In this document: positions 1 to 11,631 of the stretch, in pieces
Numbering within the stretch: the stretch's first letter is position 1
How the letters are laid out: every line of letters starts with the position of its first letter
Assembly: GCA_002633005.1 (NCBI GenBank)
Contig: NMRA01000030.1
Span: 1,510,453-1,574,452, forward strand
Direction of reading: 5' to 3'
Source of the DNA: Phoronis australis
Taxonomy: Eukaryota > Animalia > Phoronida
Length of the DNA: 64,000 bases
Notes under the pieces: generated by a model
Seen by the model: the letters and a program-made list of their open reading frames with translations, nothing else
Databases searched by the model: none
What the model was told of the DNA's origin: nothing
Made by a program: the position numbers and the translations under genes

Positions 1-403
1 GGGCCCGGTCTCTAATCTTTGTACTCGAAACGAACTCGAAACTATTTTTGGCAATTTCTCTGCTTCTTTTGTGCCAACTTAAGAGAATTGGTTATCAGAC
101 TGTGCTCGAATACATTATAGTTTATGCATAGGAGTTTCTCGTTCAAGTTTCCCCTTGAAGACCCTTATATTCGTGCTACAAACTCGAGTAAAAACTCGAA
201 ATTTCGAGTTCAAACTCGAACTTATTGCTTTAATATTGGTTTCACAAACTGTGAAGTAAGGGCAATAAGTTATCTACGTAAGTTATTGTGTACTTGAGGA
301 TAGAATAATAGACACTTATCTTGAGTTCGCCCAAAACTAGAGAAGAAAATGCCAAACCTAATTTCGAGTTCCATTTCGAGTAAAAAGATTGGAGACCGGG
401 CCC
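1..403. mobile_element. MITE with ~30-bp TIRs (PIF/Harbinger-like termini)
   Basis: gggcccggtctctaatctttgtactcgaaa (1-30) is the near-perfect reverse complement of tttcgagtaaaaagattggagaccgggccc (374-403); internal aactcga/tcgagtt repeats. The left TSD lies outside the window; superfamily is inferred. Confidence 0.8.
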
Positions 404-1774
404 AGATTTATCTCAGCGAAATTACCCAATTTTGTGAAGCGTCCTTATGTATGACGTCTTAATACTATCATCTGCTTTCCCTCATTGCATGCAATCTATC
501 TGTTTTATTGGAATTTTTTTGGGTTCGCAAAAACGTGATATTTTCTTCGCGGCGACTTGAAGACCTCTTTGAAAAAAATTAAGAAGTCAATACAATGTAA
601 GGGCAAAATTATTGATTTTTGTATGAGAGACACACCGTGATCACTTTCAGAAAGTTTAAGCTGAATCCGAAATAGATGACCACTAAAGAGATTTTGTCTT
701 TCTTTTGATTTGCCCCTGTACTGTTTTGTGTCAAGGGCTAAATAATAGTATAAATATCGGTCCCGTGGGCTGTGGCAGACTTCTACGAAATATGACCGGA
801 CATGCAAAGACATCGTTTTCCAGTTGGAGCATGGGGATTTGCGCTCCAAAATTGAGCACAGAAGAAGAATAAGTCTGTGACGATCCTGATTATATGGATG
901 GTAGGAATGACGTGATTGCAAACTTTAGACGGACTATCCAGTAAATAATTTTAAGAAATTACTGGTTTTATCAGGCCTTACACTCCCGTCCACCTTAAAC
1001 ACTTGTTTTTCTACTAAATCACATACTCAAAATATGCCAGATATCGTGGACGTGTGTACGCTCCTTCGCATTCCCGTTATGTGTTTACAAAGCACTTTGG
1101 TTTATCCAGGGCATCGCGTGTAACTTAGGATTAATGCTAATTATCGGCTCAGCCGCAGTAACTGGACCTGAAAATGCTAGGCGATTTTTCTAAGTTTTTA
1201 TGGAATGGCTAAGTTAACCAATTAAAACTCATACTTACAATGATAGTTGAAGTCGACAACAACATTTTCATTTCTGCCTCCTTTGGATCTTTCTGCGAAA
1301 TAAAGGTCTCGTGGAATTCTTTATCATGAAAATGTTTAGTCGTGTTCAAAAGACCGACTTACGTGTCTCAAAGTTGATTGTTTTCGATAAACATGTTTTC
1401 TAATGAAAACACAATGTGAAAATCTGTAATATCATGTTCAGCTTCAATCCCAAATCAATTCAAACCAATCAAAAATAAAAAGATCATGGATTCACCTGGT
1501 ATCCAGGCCCCATATTTGAAAGCTTGCCAGCCGCTTCAAGTGGATGATATCGTGGGTGGAGAAAGGGGTGGGGTTGTCATCCCCTCTGGACCAAGAAGTC
1601 TATCACTTGTACGCACATGTGTCATTATTTTACATCTCTCAAGATAATTTGAACAGTTCATTAGCTAAGTACCTACCAGGTTGCATCAACAATTCAATCT
1701 AACTTTTGCATGAAAAGCACGCTAACATTCAGTGGCGCTAACCTTATTGATGACGTACTGGACGATGCAGCATC

Positions 1775-2075
1775 ATGGTATCAACAAGAGGGTTCATTTC
1801 ATGCCTTTTTTGGTTTAGTGCAGTCACATTTTTCCTATTCTCGTCGTGTACACAATGGGATGGCTGGACTACTTTCGCGCCGGGTGTCCGGGTAGCAGGG
1901 AGTCAACAGCGAGCAGGATACGCGCCTTCAGTCGGAGTCTGTGTTGCCATGTGCTCTCAAGAACGATGCGGGTGCGCTGGCGCAAATTATGATGCCATGA
2001 ACAAGCGTTGTTATGTTGCAAGTTTTTTCTGCCCATATCCTATACAGGATCGCAAAGGATGGTTGCATATTACAG
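1775..2075 (+). CDS. Secreted PAN-TSP1-Link protein, exon 1 (signal peptide + PAN/Apple domain)
   Basis: ATG at 1775; hydrophobic leader MVSTRGFISCLFWFSAVTFFLFSSC; PAN-type Cys pattern SVGVCVAMC...CAGANYDAMNKRCYV...GW; donor ACAG|GTAAA after 2075; 301 nt, phase 1. Confidence 0.8.
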
Positions 2076-2974
2076 GTAAATTAAGCTGTTTTATTTTTAA
2101 GTAACCATGCCAACATTTTTTTGAAAATGATTCAAAACAAACCCTTCCGCTGATCGCTTATGATATTTTCCACCATTGCCTGACGAATTGTCGTTTCCGC
2201 CGCTACCGAGATGAAACAGTGGTTAATATCTCTTAGTGACACAGAACATACTGAACTTAATTTGACTAATTGGACCTTTATACGCCAAAGCCAATTCGTA
2301 GCATGACTATACACGAACATGTACTTATTGGTGTTTACAGATATCATTTTAAAAACCTGTATAGATATATACAGATTTCCTTTGGCAGTACGGTGGTTCA
2401 AATGTCTGACGTTTAAAATCCTGGCTAATACTCTGCCCTGCCCCCTCAACTCAAAATCCTTGATCCGCCCCTGGGTTGGTGACGAAGAATTATTCCTTCA
2501 AACTTTTGGAAGAAGAGAAACAAATTGAATGGAAAATGTATAGAATTGAATCAAAACTGTTAATTATTAATAAACATGTCGCCACCTGAAGGCGTCCGAA
2601 AAGTGGGACTGCCTATATTAACATAAGTACGGCCTCGTTTTTTGGCGCTTTCAGGTAGTGCCGCCTTTATTAATATAAGGACCCCGAGTTTTGGTCGCCG
2701 ACAAGGGCCCTCACTTTTCATACTAGAAAATGATTTGTTGTCTATATGACTTGGATAGGAGTAAGTCACTTTAGGTTTATCTCAAGCCTTATTTAGTGTC
2801 CGTGTCTTCGAGTCCTACTAGGGCACACTGCTAGGTCCTCGAGACAGGTCTCCAGCTCCTCGGTTTTAACTATACATTAATGAAGCATAAAAATGGTTCC
2901 AGGTGATCAGGGCAATGGGCCCAAATGAGCGGCCTCAGGGTTCTTCTGGTGCAAGCTGTGCCAGACTACCTATA

Positions 2975-2975
2975 T

Positions 2976-3018
<43 letters not shown>

Positions 3019-3027
3019 TGTGTGTGT
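2975..3027. repeat. (GT)n microsatellite
   Basis: Imperfect TG dinucleotide run. Confidence 0.97.
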
Positions 3028-3029
3028 AT

Positions 3030-4080
3030 TGGTTTTGTTTCTATTTTGTTTCTACATCACGCAAAGATTAAGCTTTTATATTAAAAATCCTAAAAGTGTT
3101 TTTGAGATTGATGAACAAATAATAGTTTGGAAAGTTTCAGTGAAATTCACCGAGACTCGTGTTCCTAAATTTAAATTAAGCTGATTTGCCAAAGCCGAAA
3201 AAAGCTGTTTAAGTTGGGACACATGAAAATCTCAAGATGTTCTTTCAATAATTCAATGGAAATTTGTTTCAGTCAACATTACCTATACGTGCTTGAACCA
3301 TGTTCGCTACATGTACATGTATGTCAATATTCCCTCGCCATGTCAACTGCATTTGCAGTGCGTAATTAAATTAATCATCGCTAAACCGTTAATTTTGTGA
3401 CCGTCTCCAGTTCGACAGGCGGGGTCAACTGATTTCCTACTAGTTCATTACTATGCACACCACGCGCCGGGAGACTGATGTGAAACCACTGAAGTACGAA
3501 ATGGACAACAGAAATCGTTGGTTAATGCGCGTCGTGAGCATGAGATCGAAACAGCGAAATGTCAAATTACCTATCAAATTGAGGAATTTGGGTGAGGATA
3601 TATCTCTTTTCACAACTTGCTGTGTTCGTAAACACTAAGTCACAGATGCGTGGGAGGATTTGGAGCATTCGTTTTCAACGATCAGTATGCATGCAGACGA
3701 ACAACTCCCTCAGGATCAAAACTACGTTGTCTTCGTTTCCCCTGACATCTCTCTGTAATATGTACACCTTGTTGACTCAATATTGTGGCGACTCGCTAAG
3801 TGAAAGAACTGGGGGTACATGGACACGCACGGAGCTGCTGTATGCCTGGTGGGAGATTCGATTTGAGTGACAACCCTGTAACCTTTGCCTTGGATATATA
3901 GTAAACAAATTTCCACGCGGTTATGCGGTTTCAAGGTGGTTCTACTAAATCTTTTTTTCTCGCTACACGGTATATACTTCATATTTGAAGTTCCTCCAGA
4001 ATGAAGATATTGTATTTTGTAACACATATGTGAAATATTGTAAAAACGGCAAGTTTTTGTGAATAAGATTGATGAGACAA
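3030..4080 (+). repeat. Interspersed ~1-kb repeat, copy 1 (probable non-autonomous DNA transposon)
   Basis: Collinear similarity to ~62310-63225, e.g. aaaaatcctaa.agtgtttttgagattgatga, agcatgagatcgaaaca.cgaaatgtc, gggagattcgattt, agaatgaagata. Ends approximate. Confidence 0.8.
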
Positions 4081-4682
4081 AAACTAGCCCAATGTCTGAA
4101 ATTGGTGCAAACGTGTGCATAGATCATCTTTGCATATTTTACGTTGTTATGTGCCTAGGGCCGATGGCGTCTAGCGCCAAGGTAGAGCTATGAAAAATTT
4201 CATCCCCGGCTTTTAATTTGGTAATTTAAGTTATTGTTCACCATTCTTCCAGTATCCAGCCAAGCGTTTGAATGCACAGCACGCGACCATGGTTCGCTGG
4301 CTAAGACATCACATGTCTGTCCCCAGGGTAAGTGAGACATTTCGACTCAAATCGATTATATAGTTTTAGAAGTAACTTTTTCTGTCTATTTATTTCTTTT
4401 TTTGAAATACAGGCCTAACTTTTAGGGGTGGTAACAGATCTTTTACCACGTACTGCAGAACAATCGAAGCGGAACCCCTATCACCGAAGTGAGACGCGCT
4501 CTTTACCAACCGTAAATTACAAATGCAATTTTAACCACACACAAAGAACCAACAGCATGGGTAAAGAATCATCGCCCACCCACTTCAGAGCCGTTGACAG
4601 ATAAAGAGAATTGCTCCAGAAATCATTTGAAAACTGAACTGGGTTTTTCTTGTCTTTTCATTCAAGGGGTTTCAACACTTCT

Positions 4683-5039
4683 AAATTCCAGCTACGGTCC
4701 CCTAAATTCCCTTCCTGGACCAGGGCTCAACAAAAATACGCGATACAAATCCTCAGTACCGCACCTATAAACTCCACACACGCACCGAAAAATGCCCCAT
4801 ACACGATTACCAAACTCAAGTCCCGGGGAAATATTGCATAACAGCTCTTCTAAATTGTGCCTGCGGACTACCATAGGCTTAACAATCTAATTAGACCACC
4901 GGGTATGGAGCATTTTTAAAGTGCGCGTGCATGTGTGCGTGTGCATACGTGCTTCTGTGCCCGGAGTTTAGTGTTGGGTTCTGGGCATTTGGAACCGCGG
5001 ATCTAGTATGAATTTTAGGAGGTCGCAGCTGGAATTTAT
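4683..5039. repeat. Degenerate inverted repeat (MITE-like)
   Basis: taaattccagct.cg..c.cctaaa and aaaaatgc.ccatac.cg in the left arm recur as reverse complements in ~4900-5039. Confidence 0.65.
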
Positions 5040-6305
5040 AGGCTCGGTCCACGGAATGCCGACTTCTACACTTCGAGGTTTCCTCGTTACACCGAGGTGA
5101 CACGTGCGCTGAATCTTGATTAAAAGGATTTTTCAGTCTGAACAGCACAGTGCCGTGAGAAATGAATGGAGGATACCTAGTTTTATTCATATGGACTGAT
5201 GACGAAGTTGTTGACATCAGTTTCGAATGGAAGAAACTTCACTCATATTTACATTGTTTCTTTTGCTGTGTTGGTTCTCAGAGGGGCCCGCAATCCTGGC
5301 CGAGCCACTCCTCAATCCGCCTACTCAACACGAACAGTCTTCTTTCTTAAAGAGTCATGAAACGCGAAAAAACAGATTAAATTGGATTACTCAAAGTGAT
5401 TTTCTGCCACTGAAACAGAATTCAACATATCCACGGTTTATTCGAAAATGTTTTGAATTTCTGTTGATGCCAAAGCATTTTTCTTTTGGTTTCAAAATTC
5501 AAAAATCGACCTGTCAACTGATCGTCTCTTCGTCGATTTTTCTCCCTCAAGGCAAAGCACGTCTCCTTATTTGGTATGGCAAGACATAAACGTAGCACAC
5601 TTCTCTGACCTTTGACCTTTGATGTAAAATTAAACAATGACGACTCCAAGAAAAAGTCAATCCAATTAAGAGGCAATTGATGTAACTCCTAAGTGTTTGA
5701 AATTAGTTGTAAAGGTGTCATAGTATTCAAATGTATTCTAAAATGCACTTGAAATTATTTTGAGAAAATTGATTACTTCATACTATGCTGTCGACCTCAA
5801 ATACGGAGTGCGATCATAAGGTGATAATCTGATGTTAAAATCCATTTTGGTAGTCAGCTGTTAGTCGAATGGCTGTTAGAACATGCACGCATTTATCATA
5901 AGCTAGAAGATTAGAAATTCTTTGGCAGCTACAGAGTTTTTCCTTCGCTCGTATTTCAAAAATCGTGAGTGGGTTTTGTGACCTTTTTCTGGAAGTGAAC
6001 AACTCTGTAAAACACGTTGCGAGATTCGTCAGAAATTGTTTTACAGTCATTTTTGAAGAACTTTCGCGTTCCACTCTCTTTAAGAGTCTGAGACAATGAC
6101 TGACATATACAGATTTGATTCCATGACTGACTGAGTTGGGTCTAGAAGCGTGTCAATACCAACTGACGGTGATAACCGTTATACCATGAAGACATTGGTA
6201 CATGTAAATGTCTACTAGATTCTACTAGGATCAGCAAATTTTTTACATATTAAGAAAAATGGTTTTTGTTTTTTTTCATTTACCAACCAGTGTTTTATTT
6301 GTTAG

Positions 6306-6473
6306 TAAGCGGCGGTTGGTCTGAATGGTTAAGCTGGGGAACCTGCAGCGCCGTCTGTGATGGCGGGACGCAGAGGCGATCAAGGATTTGCAACCACCCA
6401 GCGCCCTTCAACGGAGGAGCCGATTGCTCGGGCAATTCGCGAGAAGACCGGGTTTGCAATACATTTTTCTGTG
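6306..6473 (+). CDS. Secreted PAN-TSP1-Link protein, exon 2 (thrombospondin type-1 repeat)
   Basis: Acceptor ttttatttgttag|, donor |gttagt; 168 nt, phase 1-1; VSGGWSEWLSWGTCSAVCDGGTQRRSRICNHPAPFNGGADCSGNSREDRVCNTFFC is a canonical TSP1 repeat. Confidence 0.92.
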
Positions 6474-7894
6474 GTTAGTATACTTTATTTTTGAATAGCC
6501 ATACGGTAGCGATGTAGACAAACTAATTAAGTGCATTGAGAATAGGTGAGCCTGTATAGGAGGTTAGAATAGAAATACAAATGTCGTCTTAATGAAATGT
6601 TTTGGGGCGCAGAATGATAGCCGAGCTGTTCTACAATGGAATTCAGACAAACCTGAATTAGCGATTCAGTATATTAATTGAAGAAAAATAGTCAAAACCT
6701 CCCAATCGTGTAAGGTCTAGAATTGGCCACCTTTTTATTATATCAGCTTTTACGTGACAGTTTGCGAATTTTTATATTGAATAACCTAAGCCTTTTTGTG
6801 ATAGCAATAATTCATTGTCGTAACTTACAGTGTTGTGGACGGTTGCGACAATTTGGGAAGCGAGTGTTGACCTAATCGTCACAGTTACGATGTAATTTGT
6901 CTCGACAATTTGGTATGTTGCAACAATTTGGGACTACACATAACAGACAGGTACAGTTATGTATCCTAACAGCATCTGTAAACCCACCGTCTATCACAAG
7001 AAATGATTTTGACCACGTGCCGTTTTGAAATTGGCCTGAAATTGTTCATCTGTCAAACTGCAGGTAGGGGGGTTTCGAAAACACTGACCGTTCGCTTGAG
7101 ATCAGGCGTGTCATTTTATCATTTAGTCAATAGCCTGCTCAAACAGAGCTGAAGGTCCATCAATGAATTTTTCGTAATTTACTTAAATCAGAAGAATGGG
7201 GTAAGTACTTGTTGAGTGTGCTAGTGCTGACCAAGTCACTTCCCTTAAGAATGTCTTACCCGGTTATGTCTTTCTCTAACAACGACGAATGAAATCGTCA
7301 GTCATCTTGTGTTATCTTGTGACTTAAAGACGTCATATTACAATTACAATAGTAGTGACCGGAATACCATCCAATGAGCCAAGTGCGAGTTCACATTGGA
7401 AAATGCGGAGTAACTAGCGAGTAGTAAAACGTCGAATCTTCAAGTAATTAACTTCTTTTGAAGGGCTTGATTTGCGAGCAATTTATATTGGCCGTATTAT
7501 TTATATACCTGTAGATAAATGTTCTCAAGCGATCGCAATGTCAACGTGTTCAGGTAAATATTTGATGTCCAATACGAGTGTGGTATGTAAGACAATGAAC
7601 TACATGCCTTCAATGTACGGACTAGGTCTCAACGACTAAGAAATTGCCAGTTCTTAGTAAACGCAGTTATCACTTTTCATTTTGAGTAAAGACTACGTTG
7701 AGATCAATTTCATAGTGGCAAGTGGTCTCAATCAAAACTTCGCTCCATGGAGGGAACGCGGGATTATATCCGCTTTAAATTTCTCAATTTTGTTTGCATA
7801 ACATGAGTTCCGATGAAAATGTAATCAACAGGAAAGTAATTTTTAAAACCTTTTCCCTCGCCTGAATGCACTGTATGTATATGGTTTCTTGCAG

Positions 7895-8160
7895 TGTATC
7901 TTTATGTGCATCCAGAAGGCCAATCCAGATATACATTCGCACAAGCCAAGGTTGCTTGCCATCCGCATAATGCGTTATTGGCAACATACAACGAACTACA
8001 CAACGCTTGGCAGAGAGGATTCGAAAGTTGCTCGTGCGCGTGGATTTCAGACGGAACAATTCGAAATCCAGTCAACACACCGTCACCTGGCTGCGGGCCA
8101 CGCGCAGTGAACCTGTGCGGTGGTTCAACAGCAAATGTGTTCTGTTTTCGTCTTATGTGA
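7895..8160 (+). CDS. Secreted PAN-TSP1-Link protein, exon 3 (Link/Xlink module, stop)
   Basis: Acceptor tttcttgcag|, phase 1; YTFAQAKVAC...LATYNELHNAWQRGFESCSCAWISDGTIRNPVNTPSPGCG...VFCF matches the Link module; TGA at 8158-8160. Joined CDS is 735 nt = 244 aa. Confidence 0.88.
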
Positions 8161-8429
8161 GAAATACAAAATTTCTATGATTAGAAAATTATATTCAGAA
8201 ATAGTCTGACCTTGCTGCCGCCGTCGCCGCCATTCGCTGCTAATATGCCCGTACTATGACTAAAAGTTAATGTTTTGGGGATAGGAATGTCTAATATTTG
8301 TGAATTTGGTTTTCGTTTTAAATACAGCTCTAAAGAAATTGCTCATCGCACTATTACAAAACCTGTAGACCTACACGTTATGTTGGTGATATTACGTACC
8401 ACATGTGTTTTCTTTTATATCTGCTCTCA

Positions 8430-8715
8430 TTTCATGTAAAAGTAGTCCCTATTGTTCAGTATGGAGCTGAAGTTTGGGAGCTTATGCGGGAATTGACATT
8501 GAGTTTAGTACACACTAAGTTTTGTAAATTCCTGATATGGATTGAGCGGAATACTTCAAATATTGCAGCTCGAGGTGAACTCGTGAGGGATACTATGGCA
8601 ACGCAAAGACTATTGACATTGTTAAAATATTGATTTAAGTTATTGAAAATGCCTGAAACTAGATGTATAACAATGTGCTCTTCTGTTCAATATGAAATGG
8701 TACCGACAAACAGGT
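8430..8715 (+). mobile_element. Non-LTR retrotransposon remnant (RTE-X/L2-like post-RT region)
   Basis: PIVQYGAEVW...VHTKFCKFLIWIERNTSNIAARGELVR...LLKY*FKLLKMPETR resembles the YG.EVWG...H..FCK..L....T.N....GELGR....KYW..L pattern. Confidence 0.7.
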
Positions 8716-8721
8716 ACTCTT

Positions 8722-9125
8722 GTGCTCGGTTGTATGAAACAGTCCCAAATAAGATTTCAACTAAGTTCCTAATATCTATGCGTATTTTTGGACTTGTGAA
8801 AACGTCCATTGCCTTTTCTTGTACTTTTTTAGTTTCATTACTAAGTCAACTTTTGACTTTGATACAAATCGAGAGTGAACTTTACGTTGAATTGTAACAA
8901 TTATCGAAAACAAGTAGGGATCTTTTCATGAAACACTTCCAATTTAAGTCCCTATTTATTTTCAATGAACTCTGGGCTCAGTTTTAAGTTATATTATTAG
9001 AAAATGTCATAATCAAATAGGAGCTCATAATAAAGATGGAATGATAGAAAAAGACACCAATACGCAAAAAGACTTAGGGACCTTAGCTGAGTGCCTATTT
9101 GGGACTGTTTCATGCAACCAGCCAC
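8722..9125. mobile_element. MITE with ~29-bp TIRs
   Basis: ggttgtatgaaacagtcccaaata at the left end versus tatttgggactgtttcatgcaacc at the right end. Confidence 0.78.
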
Positions 9126-10081
9126 TGGGCTCTGGAATTGAAAAAATAATATAATTTACTACTATGCGTATGTATGTGGCATCGTTTCGTAACTACAAGA
9201 TGTGGGTGACGACCTTTGATTTTTAAGTGAATTTCAACATCGTTGTATAGATATAGACAAACAAATGTGGCTAGAAGCTGTCTCTGTGTCTCCTGAATTA
9301 GATAATATAAACTAAATTTCACAATAGCAAATTATGCATTGGAGAAAGAAAAACGTATTTGAGGTCTGCGCTGGCACATTCTGTTTGCTCAAATCACTGA
9401 CTAATGATAGAACTTGGTCGATATTTTGGAATGCCTAGAACAAGTAGACTTTGTTCATGCTGTGGCATTGGATAATTTGAGAATGGGTGTCACTTTTAAC
9501 TTGTGCGTCCCCAGTACGCGGATCATTGAATTAGTTTTAGGATTCTAATTGTCTCTTTTGAGAATTTTTCGTATATCTTTCAGAAAACAGTCTAGAGATG
9601 TAAATGTGCTATATTAAGAAATGTTGCGAAGTTCTCCTCTTTGCTGAATTGCGTAGTTTGTCTGTACTAAATGTTGAATTGTGAGCAGACTGACTCTATA
9701 GCGTCAAATTGAAAACGTGTTCCCTGAATGTGTAATTGGCCGGTGGCTTATATACTCTGGGTGAAATATATTACACATTTAGCGTCATTTTAATTTGACA
9801 AAATTATCAAGCACTGATCATGTATACGTACAGACGATAGTTAATTTCACCCATACAGACATACATTTATTGGGCGCTGTCTTCGAGGACCGGTAATAAA
9901 CATTTTTAGGGCACGTTCAATCAAAGTTCGTACACCCGTTCTCACCTTAGATTGTTACATCTATAACACACCACCATTTTTTTATTCGATTTCGTATACA
10001 ACATTTAGACTGGTCTAAACGCCCCCTATTGTCGTGTTGGGCCAGTACCAATGTGTGGAAAAAAGTCTTGTGGGAATACCT

Positions 10082-10233
10082 GGCGTGCGTTCAGTAGACG
10101 CTAGAACCTACGCTAGGACCTAGCTATATCTAGCCAAGGTCACGTGTTCTCATTTAAAATACACGGCAATATCTCACGTAATCTCGCGAAGTCTTTCTTT
10201 TTAGCGAGGTCCTAGCGTTACTGAACGGGAGGC
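10082..10233. mobile_element. Short palindromic MITE, complete copy
   Basis: gcgttcagtagacgctagaacctacgct ... agcgaggtcctagcgttactgaacg inverted ends; a second copy lies at 11177. Confidence 0.75.
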
Positions 10234-11176
10234 TGGTTACATACTGTGCATGTATCTCCATTTGTCGTATATGTAATACAGTCGCGTACAAAAAATCGCA
10301 GTGTGTAGGAAGTGCTTTACTACTGGCCCTCAATGATTTATGGAGACGCAAGTGAAGTACGGAAAACACGTTTGGTCACCGGCCAATTGGCTTTACAGTC
10401 CCGCTGACTGTTTTCGAAGTGTGGGAAAGTGGTTTTGAAGCCCGACCAATTGTTGATTCCCCCTTGATCTTCATGAGCCACATTCGTTTCATTTTGCTAT
10501 TAACTATTCAAGATGCGACCCTCTGTGCAAAAACCATACGTTCAACCTTTGATAATAAAACGGGACCTTGCGGAAGCTTCTGACACATGTATTTCGAGGT
10601 TACCGTGCAACATTTGACGAGCACACGGAGGTCTGATTCGATTGCCAAAGGTTGTTCATTCGCTGTGTTCTTCTTCAGCAAAGTTGATTAATTTTGACTG
10701 GATATGTTTTTTCCTTATGACATGAACACTAAAAAGAAATTGAGAAATGTACACACTTAAAGGAGTTAATTGCAAAGCGATCAGCAACAGTGTTACCTAA
10801 ATTGCATATCTGAAGTTTTTGCTTTTTCTACTTCCATTGGGTTCACGTCGTAACCTGGTCATACTTTCCCTTCAGTCGGAGAGGGTTTAGACACTATCGA
10901 TAAATCAAAACTTCTTCATTATACCTGAGTACATACATTTCACGTTATATTCTACACGAAAATGCACATTAAGTTTTAATGTACGATTGATGTACATTCA
11001 ATGTCCGTATTTACTAATTTGCGTCCATATCAATTATGAAAGATTTCAATTTAACTAATGAATCAATAATGGTTGTTGTGTATCGGTGTTACGCGCTTCC
11101 ACCGGGATGCGTTGAAGTTGGCTTTCTTAGTTTTAAGCTTGGGCGGCAGAGGCGCCGTTAGTTTCAAATAATTCTT

Positions 11177-11280
11177 GCGTGCGTTCAGTAGACGCTAGGA
11201 CCTACGCTAGGACCTAGCTAAAATCTAATCCAAGTCACGCGTTCTCATTTAAAATACACGGCAATATCTGAACGGGAGGC
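11177..11280. mobile_element. Short MITE, internally deleted copy of 10082-10233
   Basis: Near-identical gcgtgcgttcagtagacgctag...ttctcatttaaaatacacggcaatatct joined directly to the gaacgggaggc end. Confidence 0.75.
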
Positions 11281-11476
11281 TTGTTTTTTGCGTCAATATA
11301 ATTGTATCGTGTCGTGGGGTTTCCAACAATACGCGTGGCAATTTAAGTTCACATACATGTATGTCAGACGGTTTCGCTTTTTGTTGCCTCTTGACAGAGT
11401 CTTCCGGATTTTCAGCTAATATCCATGTCAAAAGGTGGTGCATTACATTACCATTGTTGACAGTGTCTTCCTGATA

Positions 11477-11631
11477 CATGGGTGGCGCAGCACTGAAAAA
11501 AGTGGGGGCTATAGCCCTCCAGCCCCCCCCCCCCTGTGTTGCACCGCTCATAGACCATGGGTGGCGGAGCACTGAAAAAAGTGGGGGGAGTGGCTATAGC
11601 TACCCCAGCCCCCTGTGGTGCGCCGCCCATG
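11477..11631. repeat. Tandem pair of ~75-bp mini-elements with CATGGGYGGCG inverted ends (hAT-like)
   Basis: catgggtggcg.agcactgaaaaaagtggggg...gctatagc...ccagcccc...tg.gc.gc.cat occurs at 11477-11551 and 11556-11631. Confidence 0.75.

Noticed and set aside
4440-4515. tRNA-like A/B-box remnants on the - strand (similar hints near 17325 and 41280)
   Set aside because: No cloverleaf can be formed; at most decayed SINE heads, too weak to annotate.
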